From: Octopus vulgaris
Taxonomy: Eukaryota
DNA: 64,000 nt
Direction of reading: 5' to 3'
Assembly: GCA_951406725.2 (NCBI GenBank)
Contig: OX597829.1
Span: 8,680,001 to 8,744,000 of the forward strand
Both the position numbers and the translations under genes were made by a program. Of the stretch, positions 12,238 to 26,053 are shown one piece after another; position 1 is the first letter of the stretch; each line of letters begins with the position of its first letter. The notes under the pieces were generated by a model. The model was not told the origin of the DNA and did not search any database. It saw only the letters and a list, made by a program, of their open reading frames with translations.

Positions 12238-13111
12238 TCCGAGGGGGTACTCAAAAGTAACCGGAAACGTTCTCCGTGGGATAAGACCGTTGCAGTTTAG
12301 GTTTCCGCTGCTAGGAGCCACTTGATGCGATCCTCGGCATCAGTCTGCCGACCGTCAGTTTCGGGAAGGGTCGTAATGCCACGTCGTGCCTTTGTTTTGC
12401 AGTGCTTCTACTCTGCTTGTCGATTTTTGCAATGCCTTAAACAAAACAGCGAGTTTCCTTCAAATTATCTTTTCCGCTGGGGTAAACTGTTGCCGAAACG
12501 GTTGTGGTCGTTTAAACAGCTTACAAGGACTCTGTGCCATGAGCAAAACACAAGTTTACGAGTTGGTTTTACGCTTTAGAAACAATCACTTCTCGCTTCG
12601 AGAACCACTTCGTTTAGGGCGACCGTCGACCTCACAAACGAATGAAAACATCACGAAAATTCATCAACTGCTCAATTGACGAACTTGTTGATATGAATGG
12701 TGTATCCTGAAGCTTCTGCCCACGAATTTTGAGCAAGGAATTGTGAATGAAAAGAGTTGCAGCAAAATTTGTGCCTCGCTTGCTCACGGAAGAATCAAAA
12801 GCAGTCACGACAGATTGCCCGTCGTGAAGTGAAAGAACAGTTGGATGTTCTTTCGAAGGTCATCACTGGTGACGGAAGCCGGTGGTACGGCATTTTCAGA
12901 TGTGGAAGAGGTGAAGAAAAAACGACGGAAGCATTAAAAGGCTTCACTTCGCAAGAGTTCAAGCAGTGCGTCGAACGTTGGAAAACGCGTCTGGACCGAC
13001 GCATTGCTTCAAATGCAAAATAATTTGAAGGCGATGAAAGTGTAAACATGTAAAGCTAAGTGAATAAAATAATATTGCAAAATTCCGGTTTCTATTGGGT
13101 AGCTACTTGTA
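12238..13111 (+). mobile_element. Internally deleted mariner transposon
   Basis: Imperfect TIRs CGAGGGGGTACTCAAAAGTAACCGGAA / TTCCGGTTTCTATTGGGTAGCTACTTGTA; relics AMSKTQVYE, GRPSTS, AAKFVPRLL, VITGD, W..R..R.I. Confidence 0.85.
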
Positions 13112-13902
13112 AATACTAACTCACGAATATTTACACATACACCTCGCGTATATGTTATACATATATGCATATACATACATGCTTATATGTCATGTATAAT
13201 TTTTGTATTTATATATGTTCGTCTACTTCTAAGTTTCTGTGTGTGTATGTATGTGTGTATGAATATATGAATGTCTACATACAAATGTATGAGTATACAT
13301 ATGTATATATTAGTGTATATGTATCATTCGTAGCATTCATAAATAAGACATAAATATGCATCTGATATAGTTGTGTCTAGTAAATTCCTTTGTTGTTGTT
13401 TTTGTATATGTTTGTTATTGTTGTTCTTTTTATAATTATTATTGTTTTTGTTGTTGAGTTGGCGTTGTTGTTGTATTGGTGTTGTTGTTGTGTAAAGAAT
13501 ATTCGGCTTTTTTTTTCGCTTGAACACCCGAAATATTTGATACTAACATGCTATTTTTTTTTAACAGTCAATGGGTGCACAGTCTGAGAGTTTAGTACAT
13601 CGAAAACAAAACCAGACCTAACTCTCCAAAAGCTTGATATCCGATCTCATATTCTTTTGGTTCATATTGCGTTTAACTTTCCTTCTATTTCGGAAACCTT
13701 ATTTGCATAATTGCAACACTGTAATAAACTAAGATATAATGATAATTAGTTTGCCATCTATTTGAACATTATTTTAAACGTATGTGTGAACATGCAAGAC
13801 CGTGCGTATCAGTATGTGTGCACGTGTGTATGTGTCTGCATGTGTGCGTTTTTGTGCACGTATATATGTGTATGCATATATGTTTATGTATGTATATGTT
13901 TA

Positions 13903-13935
<33 letters not shown>

Positions 13936-13938
<3 letters not shown>

Positions 13939-14263
13939 ACTTATAAATAAAGGCAAACGAAAAAATTTTCAATGCCAAATATGCCGAAATTAGACACATT
14001 GTCCATAACCATTATAAGTTTTTCACAATACGCACGCGACTCAAAAAAGGTCGACAGAAATTTCTAAAAAAATTCATTATTACCTACGAACTAACCCTGA
14101 AATCGGTCAGATATGGTAATAATGGAGTTTTTTAGAAATTTTTGTCGACCTTTTTTGAGTCGCGTGCGTATTGTGAAAAACTTATAATGGTTATGGACAA
14201 TGTGTCTAATTTCGGCATATTTGGCATTAGAAAATTTTTCGTTTGCCCTTATTTATAAGTTGT
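13936..14263. repeat. Long foldback inverted repeat (about 149-bp arms, 30-nt loop)
   Basis: 13936-14084 is the reverse complement of 14115-14263 with only a few mismatches. Confidence 0.95.
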
Positions 14264-14360
14264 TTATAAGTTTAACCTTTAAAGGTAATTTTTAATATGC
14301 GGGCGATTGATAAATTTTTTTTCGAAAAAATTTTTTATCCTACATTAAATATATATATAT

Positions 14361-14508
<148 letters not shown>

Positions 14509-14689
14509 GCACACATACATATTCATATATATAAATATATATATGTATATTGAAAGGGCAAGACCGCTAGGTAGTCGGCCGTATGCTAGAAATAGATCAC
14601 CAACGATCAAACTACAAAGAATGTTCTCTAGAGGAAAATTCAGCGAACACCAGAACAATTAGGCGGGCAAGACAGATGAAAATTATATA

Positions 14690-15088
14690 AAAAACAGAAT
14701 TAATCACATTCCGCAGTTTCAACTATTAACAAAAGAATTACTTACATAATTCAAATGAGATGTAAAGTATAATAGCCATCTCAATATGGCTAACCACAAA
14801 GGGGGGTGTTACTGTAGCTTTTTACGTTCTGAGATTTAATAATACATTTTTAGAGAGTTACTTCCCTTATATATGCCAAAAATGCATTAAAAATGGGAAA
14901 AAATGATGGTAAATTTTTTTAAATTGTAGACTCATCGTAGATGCGCACTAATACCCAGAAGGGCTCGATATGAATCACGACTATAAGATACCGGCTTTTG
15001 GTTAAACTGCACCGCAAAATGTGGGAGTAGTTAGGAATCTAAATCGTAGGAGACAGACACCACACAACCTCATTTTTATATATATAGA
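14690..15088 (-). mobile_element. Non-autonomous Helitron 5' portion
   Basis: Minus strand begins A|TCTATATATATAAAAATGAGG, a typical Helitron 5' TC terminus. Other boundary uncertain. Confidence 0.55.
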
Positions 15089-17029
15089 TAAGCCAAACGT
15101 TCAGTTGTTAATCAGTCTAAGACATGATGTCTCAATTAGTATGTCTTTGTTTTTAAGAATATGCCACTCAAAGAAACTCTTCTGTGGCCGTAGAACTGTA
15201 ACCGTAGTAGGCTATTCATAGCGAGTATATGATGAGTCCAAAAGTGAATTTTGCTTGGAAAGAGATGATTATGAAGTTAAGCTTCCCTTTGTACACTACA
15301 CTGAGGTGAATTTCCCAACTATGATTTTGTTTTGAGCCCGTTTGTACAAAACGATTGCGAATGAGGCCTTTAAAGAGAGCCTTTTAGCGTACGATATCAA
15401 CTCACAATGATTAAAAATGAATAAGAAATTGTTTTAAACAATGTAACTGCCGGTTAGTCAAAACTGCAACTCTCAGTTGCTATAATATTTTAATTTAAAC
15501 TTTAATTAAGAAAAGTTCGTCTGTACGCTAAAACACAAATTTACAAGCAGTGCAATAAAAACAAAAAACAAAAAAATTCCTAAGTATTCCATTCATATCG
15601 AAAATTTATTTATTTATTTTTTACTTCAAAATAAACAGAGTTGCATTTGTTTGGGTAGGCAAGAAATAGTAATTACTTTCTGGGATTAAAATGACAGTAA
15701 TCACATTTCAACCCTCCTAAATGAATAAGTGATATAAAAGAAATAGCTTTTACTGAAGTCTGAAACAACATTATGGTATCGGGCTTTTGTGAACCTACCT
15801 CATACTTTATGACGATTATCAAGATTGTTTATAAATTATTAACTGGCATTAACGGCTAAAAATTATTTTTTAGCTTTACTTTTACACGGACTTTTATTTA
15901 TTTGTTTTTAGCTTCTATTTTCATAGTATCTACTCCATACTGTCAAAATCTACGTTCTTATCTGTTCATTCATTTTCAAAACATATCAAGTAAATATATT
16001 CTTTGTTGAGTCAATAAACTACAAAATAAATACGAATTTTTACACATTTACTTAGTAATATGATAGTTTCTTTTGCAGTTACAAATGGTTACTAAGCTAG
16101 CTCAAAATCTTCGATAAAATACAGCAAGAATAAAAATAGTGCATATCTTTGTGAGTTTACCTTTGTCAGGAGAAACTTTCTAGTATTTTACACAACCTTT
16201 TATAACCAATGTAAGTCGGAAGGATATAGACATTTACTAACTTAATGCAGTTGAGTAGATGAGTTGAACTATTATTGTCTTTATCATACTTGAGAAGTGT
16301 ACATGTGAATAAGGCGTACATGTGCAGCTGGGTCCAAGAAAACATTATTACAACACATTTTAATAGTTTGTAGTCATATTTAAAATCTTTTGCTGAATTT
16401 ACTAATCAACGTATTAAACTTAAGTTTAACTTCTTAGGTGTATTTTATTTACGATAAAGACTTATTAAATATGAATTAGTAGCCTGTATCCAACCTATAC
16501 TTAGTTTAGCAATATAAATACAATACTCTTCTCCTGCCGATTACTGCCCCTGTTAACGAGGTGAAGCAAACGCTGATAAAAAATTCATTTACTATATTAG
16601 GTTTTGTAGTTCATGTTTTGAACATCTTAATTTGTTTTAAATGGTTTATATACGAAAATCGAGAGCAACTATTCGTGGTCTGACTAAGTTGACAAAATCT
16701 CGATCACTAAGATAGATTGGTGAGAAACTTAATCGCTATCGTAAAGCCTAACGTTTCGAGGTTTGACCTTTGAGTAAGAATGAGAAATGTAGAGCGATGA
16801 AATGTTATTTTCGGTTATTCTGTATGCTTGTAAATTATTTAAATATAAAAATGATATACTATCCTTCCATGTTTAATATCTGCTTAGGTAATCGAGAACA
16901 ATGAGATATGAATATCTTGTCTGAGAAACTACACATCACAGCAAAAGGAATGTGATAATTTACAACACTGCGTGTGGCACACAAGCTAAGCTTAACGGCA
17001 GTGACAGATTGTTTGACTGTCATGAAAAC

Positions 17030-20000
17030 GACACGCACCATCTTTGCTACACTTATCCACCTTTTTTTGAAACTAGCACGAGACAAAACCTGCCTCTCCA
17101 TTCTCACCTTCCTTTTCAAGTGGTACTTGAAAAAGTTGATGAGGATTGGCCAGAGAGGTAAGTGTTTGTCTCTAAACCTTTCGCATGAGTTCATCACACA
17201 CGTTCTTTCACCATGGCCACCAGTACGATGAAAACTGCCTTGCCTTCCCGGCTGAGGGAAGGGTGCGGAGCAATATTCACGATAGACTCGTAACAGTAGT
17301 AGCCGTTCGGTATAAGCCCACAGGTCTGAAATGGTTGGACATTGCACGAGTGCGTGTAGAACGGTTTCGTCGCTCTGACCGCATCTCGGGCAAGTCGGTC
17401 CAGTGTGTCCCAAACCGTGCATGTAGAGCTTATCCCGAACAAGTAATGCTTCTCGATAGCACCGCCAGGCCAGGGATATTTGGTGATTGTCCATAGATCC
17501 CGGCCCGAAAGTTGTCCGGAACAGGCGGGTCAGGTGTTCCTTGTCGACGCCCAGGTTCTGCCCGAGAACGTCGTCGCACCTCCCCTCCATTAATCCTCTA
17601 TAGAACGCCTTTGTTGTAATGAAGTCGCACCTGTTTGGTCCCGGACAGCAGAGTTGCTTGAGAGCAACGCGACACTCGCAGTGCCATTCGCCTAGCCTCG
17701 GTCTATGTTTGATCCACGATTGTAGTTCGGCCAAGGAGACGAGCTGCGGGAAAGCGCGTCGCACAAAAGGCGACCACACCTGTTCACCGTCATCTATGAA
17801 GCGCCGGAGATGTCGCAGTCTCAGCGCATGTCTGCGCATCATCAACCACGGCATGCCAAGCCCTCCATTTAGCGGGTGTTGACAGCAAATGGATCGCCTA
17901 ACTATCGGAACGCTTCCCTTCCACAGGAAGCGGAAAAGTATGCGTTCCAGTTTGGTGATGATAGAGTCGGGACAAGGCACGACGGTCAGGCGGTACTCGA
18001 TGACGGTACGCGATGTACGCGTTCTCCACCTCCGCCCGACCTTTTAGGGATAGCTTCCTCTCAGCCTATTGCTGACTGAGAGTGGTCACCCTAGCCATTA
18101 TTTCGCCCCAGTTCTACTACATATGGAGGTCCGGGCCGAACGAGATTCCGAGCAATTTAACTGGTCCGTCGGTCCAGTTTCTCACGATGGAGACGCTGTT
18201 GGATGGCATGGGCTTGCTTCTCCAGGTGTCGAGCCGCAAGCCCACTGACTTTTCCCGGTTAATTTTTGCTCCCGTTACCGCTTCGTATTCTTTTAGTGTC
18301 TCGACGACCAGACTATGACGGTGACGTCGTCCGCGTATGCAGACACGTTTCTCCTGCATCCCAGCTCTCGTGGGATGTCCCTCAGCGTCGCCAGTTTCCG
18401 CAGTAGTTGCTCGAGAATCAATACATACAGAAGCGATGAGAGGGGACATTCTTGACGAACCGAACGCATGATGTTAAAAGGTCTGGATAGATGACTATTT
18501 ACGCGAACTACCGAGCAGATGCCGCTGTATAAGACAGCGATCCAACCGCGGAAGATGGGACCGAAACCAGCCGCTTTAAGGACAGCCTCCAAGTAGCGAT
18601 GGTCTACCCTATTTAAGGCTTTCGATTGATCCAAATTGATCAGCGCCTCACCCATGCCAGCATCCTTTACTACCCTGTCTATGATGCAACACATCAGATG
18701 GAGGTTGTCATGGATACTCCTATCCGGCACGGCGCACGTTTTCGCCTTGTCGACTAGTTTCTCGATGACAAGCGCCAACCTCTCGGCTAACATCTTGGCC
18801 AAAATTTTCAAATCTGCGTTGAGCAGAGTGATGGGCTTTAAATCATCTATGACGTCCCCCTTGTTTAGCTCTTTCTTAATCAGTGCCACTGCTCCTCGCT
18901 TTACAAAAGCAGGGATACTCCCGTTTTGCTGCTAGTTGCAGTAGACAGCTGCCAAGACGCCTCCAAACAAGTTTGGCATATGACAATAAAGTTCATAGAG
19001 AAGACCATCCAAGTCTAGTGACTTGTCTCTTACGCAGCCTGCCATCGCAACACTCCGCCTCTCTTGCTGAGAATCGTGGCAGAGCATGCAGGTAGGCACT
19101 AAATTCCACTCTGCGTTCAGACACACCAGTTGTCCCGAACAGTCGGGCAAAGTGTTGTTGAAAAGCTTCAGGCTCGAGTATTTCGCGCCCTTGTTCATCT
19201 GTAAGTGACCTAATGGTACCGCTGTTGCCTCGTTGCGTCTCCACCACTCGGGCCTCTAGGACGGCTCCAACTCTTTCGTTCCTCAGAGCACGCATCCTAG
19301 CTCTGACAACGCATCGTTCGTGTTTGGCGTTGAGGTTTTGGCCGAGGGCCAACCTCGCTGCCAGTACGTTGGACGCGATGCCAGTTCTAAGTGCCTCTTC
19401 TAAATTCTTAACTAAGTCTCCTTCTATTCTATTTCGGTCTAATGCTAGGGCCTTACTGTACCTAACCGATTCTGCTTTAATTGGTTTCTTTAGAGCATAC
19501 CACCATCTGTTGGTGCTAATCCGATCCCTGTAAACCTAGCGTGCCCTGAAAGAATCGTTCAGCTTCCAGTAATCAGGGCTCTGCCTATGTGTCTTGTACA
19601 CTTGAGTTAGTCAAGTGTACAAGTCACAAATTTGTGGTCTGTGTAGCTGACTATATGGAATTGTGGACAACCTACACTATCTTTATCTACTGTCCTACAG
19701 AATACTCTAAGTACGATCTAGACGACCCGATGCGGTTGCTCCATGTCCACATTGGCACATTCGGGTGGTCTAGTCGGTACCTATCAGAAAGTTGGAAACG
19801 TCTGAACAAGTCTCTGAGGCATTTGCTTCCCCTCCTTTTACTATCTCTGCCCATGTAGTCTAGATGCTTGTGCAGGGTGGAGTTCCAATCCCCCACTAAA
19901 AGTAAAGGTCGTGACATTCCCAGGAAAACCTCTACACGTGGAAAGAAATCTGGCCGGCCTGTTAAGGACGGTACATAAACCGTTATCAGTCGAAAAGCAC

Positions 20001-20310
20001 ACCCATTGCTGCCACCGACATCTAAGACGAATACCCTACCATTCGGGTCTAGGAAAATTGCTCTTACTGTGAGGTGCAGACTCTTCCGAAGAATCACCGC
20101 GGTGCCACCTCCGCCCATTCTCGGTAGACACGGAGAAAAATCAATGTCGAAATGTGTGCTGAACATGTGCTGGGGTACCCGCGGCCTGTGGAGTCTGCTC
20201 TCACTGATGGCTATGATATACAGCTTTTGTGACTTGATGTCGTTTAATAGGTAGCCTTGTTTCCAAGTCGACTCCAAGCCATGTACATTTATACTGCCTA
20301 TTTTGAGCAT
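17030..20310 (-). pseudogene. Tx1-like ORF2 (APE endonuclease and reverse transcriptase), frameshifted
   Basis: MLKIGSINVHGL, IAISESRL, LVGDWNS, KPITLLNADLKILAK, SVRQECPLSSLLY, SAYADD, GGLGMP, TCPRCGQSDETVLHAL. Confidence 0.95.
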
Positions 20311-20369
20311 GTTCCTATCGAAAGTTGTGTTTTACACACGAAAGGAAGATGAAAAAGAGAGAGAGTCAC

Positions 20370-22188
20370 TTACTGTCCAAAAGTTCTTTGTTCTTCACCT
20401 CACAGTCTTCTCCCAGAAAGTTTTTTGGACAAATATTTTTGAAATCTCCCAACTGCATCAGGGTAGATAGATTTTAGGGTGCTGTTTGTGTTCTGTGTTA
20501 TGTGTATAATTTTAATGTGTTACGGTGGTGTTGTGCGTGGGTGATTCTTTGTTTTGGTATCATTTTCGGTTATGTTGGTGTTTGACCTAATGTATTCCAT
20601 TAGGTCGGGGTCATTGGTGTTTATGGCTGTCAACATTGTTGGGGGCTTTGGTGATAATGTGTTTGTGTTGATGTTTTTGTTTACTGCGGGTGTTTTGGTT
20701 TCGGAAGTGGTAAACCCCCCTGCTTTGTTTGTCAGCTTCTCTATTCCTTTCCCCCTTTTTTCTCCTCCCCACTGTGGCTCTTTGCCAATCCTCTATGTCA
20801 TCTTCATCTGATGACATGTCAGAGGAATCTGAAGGTGGGAGGGTAAGTGTATTGGGGTCTATTTCTGACTGTGTTGACTTTGTTGTTGGTGTTGGTGCTG
20901 GTTGGTGACAGTTGGAGTGTGGTGTATGGGTTTTTGGCGGTGGGGTATGAGTCTTTTTGGTTTTCTCTTCCTCCTTTGAAGTTTTTATTGTTGGTGGTGG
21001 TGATGCTGGTGTTGTTTCTGTGTTTGGTGGTGCTGGTGGTGGGGTTGTTTCTGTGTTTGGTGGTGCAGGTGGTGGTGTTGTTTCTGTGTTTGGTGGTGCT
21101 GGTGGTGGTGTTGTTTCTGTGTTTGGTGGTGCTGGTGGTAGTGGTGTTGTTTGGTTGGGCTCACTTGTTGGTTGGTGATCTTTCATTTGTTTATATAGTT
21201 GTTTGATTAGTTGTTGCATATGGCGGTGTGGGTAGAAGTGCTGTTTTTTTTGTACGGTTTTTGGTTTTCTTGTGGCTGTTGTTGTTTTTCAGGATCTTGT
21301 TGTTGTTGCTGCTGCTGTTGCTGTTTCTGTGCTAGTGGACACTTATTATTTAAGTGTGCGTTGCTACCACAAACGTAGCAACGAGGCTTTCTGCCTTCGA
21401 CGGCCACATGTAAACTCGAATCCTCCCTTAATTGAATTCTATGTGGATTTTTCTCGTGGTCATTGGATTAATCTGAGCGAGGATTTGGATTTCTCGGCCG
21501 ATCCAGTGTTGATGGTCCACGACAGCGATTTCCAAAATATGGATTTCGTCTTCGATGTCGTAGCAAATGGCGGACATGAGCCATTTTATTTCCAATTCAG
21601 GAGGCACCTTCTTTATTTTAATTTTTGCGACCCTACGGCCAAGGTATGTAGGGATCATCAATAAATTTTCAAATTCGAAGGACTTTGTGGAGAGGTCCTT
21701 AGCTCTTTCTTCACTATCGAATCGAACTTCGATCGTGACAAATTTGTTTCCCCTCGTGATGTAGTCTTTAAAGACCCATATGGGCTTTAAATATTTTTCA
21801 ACATTTTCTTGTGGCCTTTTCATATAGCCTTGTTTTTAGGTTGAGTGTCTTGTAAATAATTGGGTTTTTTTCGATTTTTTCTGTGATGCCTGTAGATGTA
21901 TACTGAGGTCGTCTTTTTAACATTGCTTTACAGGCGAGTAGTTCATCTTTCGAAAACGATACGACTGATTTCTTTAGCCTCAAAGCTGCGGCAAAATTGT
22001 TTTCGGTATCCGTGTTGGTTGTGGTGGTAATGATGGTAGAGGTGGTAGCAGTGGTACAGCCTATGAATGTAGTAACAGAGCGCTTTCTAATGCTGTGTGC
22101 ATTTACGCGGAACGGCTTTGTTTTCAGCTTCTTTCGCCTCCAGCATTGGTAGAGGCGGGAAGTCGGCATCCTCGTTTCGCTTAGCCAT
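20370..22188 (-). pseudogene. Tx1-like ORF1, frameshifted
   Basis: Probable start MAKRNEDADFPPLP at 22188; RGNKFVTIEVRF domain; knuckle CYVCGSNAHLNNKC; Pro/Thr-rich linker; ends RTFGQ-stop, homologous to KTFEQ-stop of copy B. Confidence 0.85.
21005..21145 (-). repeat. 33-bp coding tandem repeat x4 in ORF1 (PPPAPPNTETT)
   Basis: Direct from the translation of 20611-21219. Confidence 0.9.
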
Positions 22189-22391
22189 ATTTGTTAAGAA
22201 ATATGGCAAGTAAATAGAAAAAAATGGAGATGTAAATAAGTTTGAAACTGACCCTAGGGGGTCAGTTCCTCCCTTGAAAACACACACATGCGAAAGCTGG
22301 GTGCTTTACACACCTTGTGTGCAAAAGTTAGAACAAAATGTGTGCAAAAAAGGGATTACCTGCGGAGCCGATGCGTCATCATGTCAGTCGA

Positions 22392-22825
<434 letters not shown>

Positions 22826-23777
22826 CATGCATGGATGGATTCAACCTCTGAAAACATGATAGGATTCTCTTGCATATCAAATGGATTAATATTGATCATA
22901 ACTCTGCAATGATCCAGGTTGATTATCAGCAACATCTATTGTTTGACACATGAAATAGGACCTATTCTAGATATGTCTGCAGGTGATCACACAGGCCTGC
23001 AGTTTGATTTGTGGTAGATTTCACTGTTCTCTGTAGACATTCCTTCCGAGAATGTTTTCCTCGCCGGAAAAAATTATTAATTGTGATCTAATGATTTTGT
23101 TTACAATAATAAACCATACTGCTTCGCGACTTCTCCATTCAACTATATTATGTTATTCTTATCCGTTTCCCCAACACATAGCACCATTTTATCGGTAAAG
23201 TACACTCAGATTCACATTGTCCACTTTTATCCTTTGAAATATAATAAAATGTGGTTAAAAGTTGTTTTAACAGGCTAACTGACCATGCCAGGGTTTTTCA
23301 TAGAATCCGTGTTATAGCTACAGTTATAATTTGTTCATAATTCTGTAATTATCTAGACAAATCACTTTTGCTTACTTTACCCACATACATGATGGACTCT
23401 CCCATCGAAGACGACGTTTGCCGAACAGCGTGCACAGATGATTTGTTTATAGTGAATAAATGTATGTGCATTAGTTCACTGCCTCCGTCAGATCACCGTT
23501 GTCTGAACAGGTGTAATGGTGTACGTCTCATCAGGTGTCGAAGTGATTGCTGAGCAATGTGAGAAGAAAAGAAACTGACCACTCAGAGTGATCATTAGCA
23601 TGGATTTGGAAAACAGTATCAGATAAAATGGTATTAAACTCAACGCACCACACGGTCTAGGAACTGAGAGCAACACCCTAATCACTATGCCTTACATTTT
23701 CACACCTCACAAACACACTAATATGTGTGTATCTGCGTGTGTATTTGGCGAGGCGTATATGTATGTGTATATATATG

Positions 23778-23858
<81 letters not shown>

Positions 23859-23859
23859 A

Positions 23860-24651
23860 TTTTACCTAGACTTTATTCTTAGTGCAAGTTTTAAAGAGTT
23901 CAGTTCAATTTTAACAGGTATTTTTACAAAGCTATCATGGAAGTGACAAAGGAGTATATTCAGCACATTTTTGCTTTATGAGTTCAATAAAGGACAACAA
24001 CGCAACGGAAAGTGCGTGGAATATTAATGCAGTATATGGGGATCGGACAATAAGTGTAAGCCAGTGTCAACGGTGGTTCCAGAAATTCCGAGCCGAAGAC
24101 TACAGTTTAGAAGACGAGCCTCGTCTCGGAAGATCTTTAGAGGCTCCCAGGTGGAACAAACTCCCATCATAACTGTTGAGGAACTAGCAGAGAAGCTTGG
24201 ATTTGACCATTCAACCATTCATCGACACCTGCGTGCCATCGGAAAACGTCCATCTTTGGTTTCAAAACGAAAGGTGTTCTTCCATCAGGATAATGCTTAA
24301 CCACATACAGCGAGGATGACATTCCAAAGGCTGGAGCAGTTTGAATGGGAAACAATGCCCCACCCACAATATTCGCCGGACATTGGCCCATCTGATTATC
24401 ATTTATTCCGCAGTCTTCGAAATCATTTGAACGGAAGAAATATGAGTACTATAGACGAGGTCAAAACAGTACTGGAGGAATAATTTTCGTCACAGACAAG
24501 TTAATTTTGGAAGAGGGTCCATGGAAGTCTACAAATATATGGAAGAGTATTGTAGAAAATGAAGGAGAGCATATTTTAGATTAAAAAAGAACTTTGACTT
24601 AATTTTGAAAAATAAAAGAAGTGTAAAAACCGCAGTACTTATGGGATGAGC

Positions 24652-24656
<5 letters not shown>
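23860..24656 (+). mobile_element. Internally deleted mariner transposon
   Basis: MEVTKEYIQH, NINAVYGDRTISVSQCQRWFQKFR, FHQDNA, PHPQYSPDIGPSDYHLFRSL; right-end TIR-like sequence ending in TA; left end lost in (TA)n. Confidence 0.9.
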
Positions 24657-24701
<45 letters not shown>

Positions 24702-25364
24702 ACACGCGTGTGTACGTATATATGCATCAGTGTGTGCACCCATTAACCTTTTTGAAGATATCTAATTCATGTGTTTTCTGGATTCAAGATAAATGATGTT
24801 CTGATGAAACTAAGTGAGCCGGATACATGTATCCAGATCTATTCTGTTGTCTCTATAAAGAAAATGCATTATATATTTCTTAATGACAAATCAGTTTCAG
24901 TTAAAAGTTGGCATTCCTTAGTTTTTCCTCTCCTCGTTCGCCGATGCCACAAGGTATTTGTATTCTTTCTCTTCAAGTGAAGATAATTTCAATAAATAAA
25001 AAATTTCTTTCGAACCATATTTAATGTAAGTTTATCCGGAGCTTTTGTCCAAATTCATCCTATTGTTCACTCTGAGTGCTTAGTTTCTTTTCTTTTTTCC
25101 TGTTATATGTGTGTATGTGTGAATATATATTATGTGTGTATAAGCGTGTGTGTGTATGCGTGAGTGTGTGCGAGTGTTTGTGTGTGTGTGTGTAAACACA
25201 CACATATATACACATGTACCCACGAGTCTCTTTTTAAAGTAGAAGAAATAGCTAACGTTTTTTGGCTGCTATTTCTAAACTTCGGTATGTGGTAGAGCAA
25301 ATCTTTGCTGAACACTAATTATTAAATATATTGATAGATATAAGTGGGTATGTTATATATATAT

Positions 25365-25999
25365 ATAGTTAATCCAAACATGAACAAAGAGAAAACACAA
25401 CAAGGCCGAGACGTGGAATAAGTATAGTGTTATTGGACACTCAGGAAAGGAAAGAAAGAAGGAAGATTTAACGTTTGGAGCGGAGCTATTCGTCAGAAAC
25501 ATAGAAAAAAAAGTCCAAGAAAGGGAAAACGGAGAAAGAAAATCGCCAACGATACACACGCGGTCACATGTGTGTGGAATGGCCGGAAGGGAATGGGTGA
25601 AGAAAAAGTTCTTTCAAAGACAGGAGAGTGCAAGTGAAGGAAGTGTGTGCGTGTATGTGTGGGTATGTGCGTGCGTGCAGGTCTGTGTATGTGTGTGTGT
25701 GTGTGTGTATGTAATGATAGAACGTGTGTGTGTGTGTGTGGCTGTGGCTGTTTATATGTGTGTGTTGTTGAGCTTAGCATCGTTTAAGGTCATAGGAAGA
25801 ATTTTGGTAGGAGTGGCTGCTTGTTGTGTGTCTACCTACACATGTGCGTAGGAGAATGGTCAGTAGAAGGTACTGGCAGTTTGAAGTATGTGCGTGTATG
25901 TATATGTAGTACGTGTGTTTTGTTTGCAGTGTGTTTGTGTATGTGTGTACGCGTGGGGATGAGTGTGTGTGGAGTAATTGTACTTTACACTGTGTATGT

Positions 26000-26000
<1 letters not shown>
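25365..26000 (-). mobile_element. Penelope-like 3' UTR/pLTR fragment with a hammerhead relic
   Basis: Pyrimidine/CA-rich stretch followed by GTTT-CTGACGA-ATAGCTCCGCTC-CAAAC-GTT-AAAT (25466-25500, minus). Confidence 0.55.

Positions 26001-26053
<53 letters not shown>

Larger units (their letters stand above)
17030..22390 (-). mobile_element. Near full-length Tx1/L1-clade LINE (copy A), 3' UTR missing
   Basis: 5' UTR, ORF1 and ORF2 (APE, RT, C-terminal Cys domain) in order; colinear with copy B. Homology to B stops near 17030. Confidence 0.95.

Noticed and set aside
15200-16900. AT-rich apparently unique region examined for host exons
   Set aside because: Candidate AG/GT pairs gave stops or very short uninformative frames.
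22860-23010. Possible CR1/L2 endonuclease relic
   Set aside because: Too degenerate to support.
24901-24953. Possible small + strand exon (TTTCAG...CACAAG|GTATTT)
   Set aside because: Weak signals, no recognisable peptide, no partner exons.
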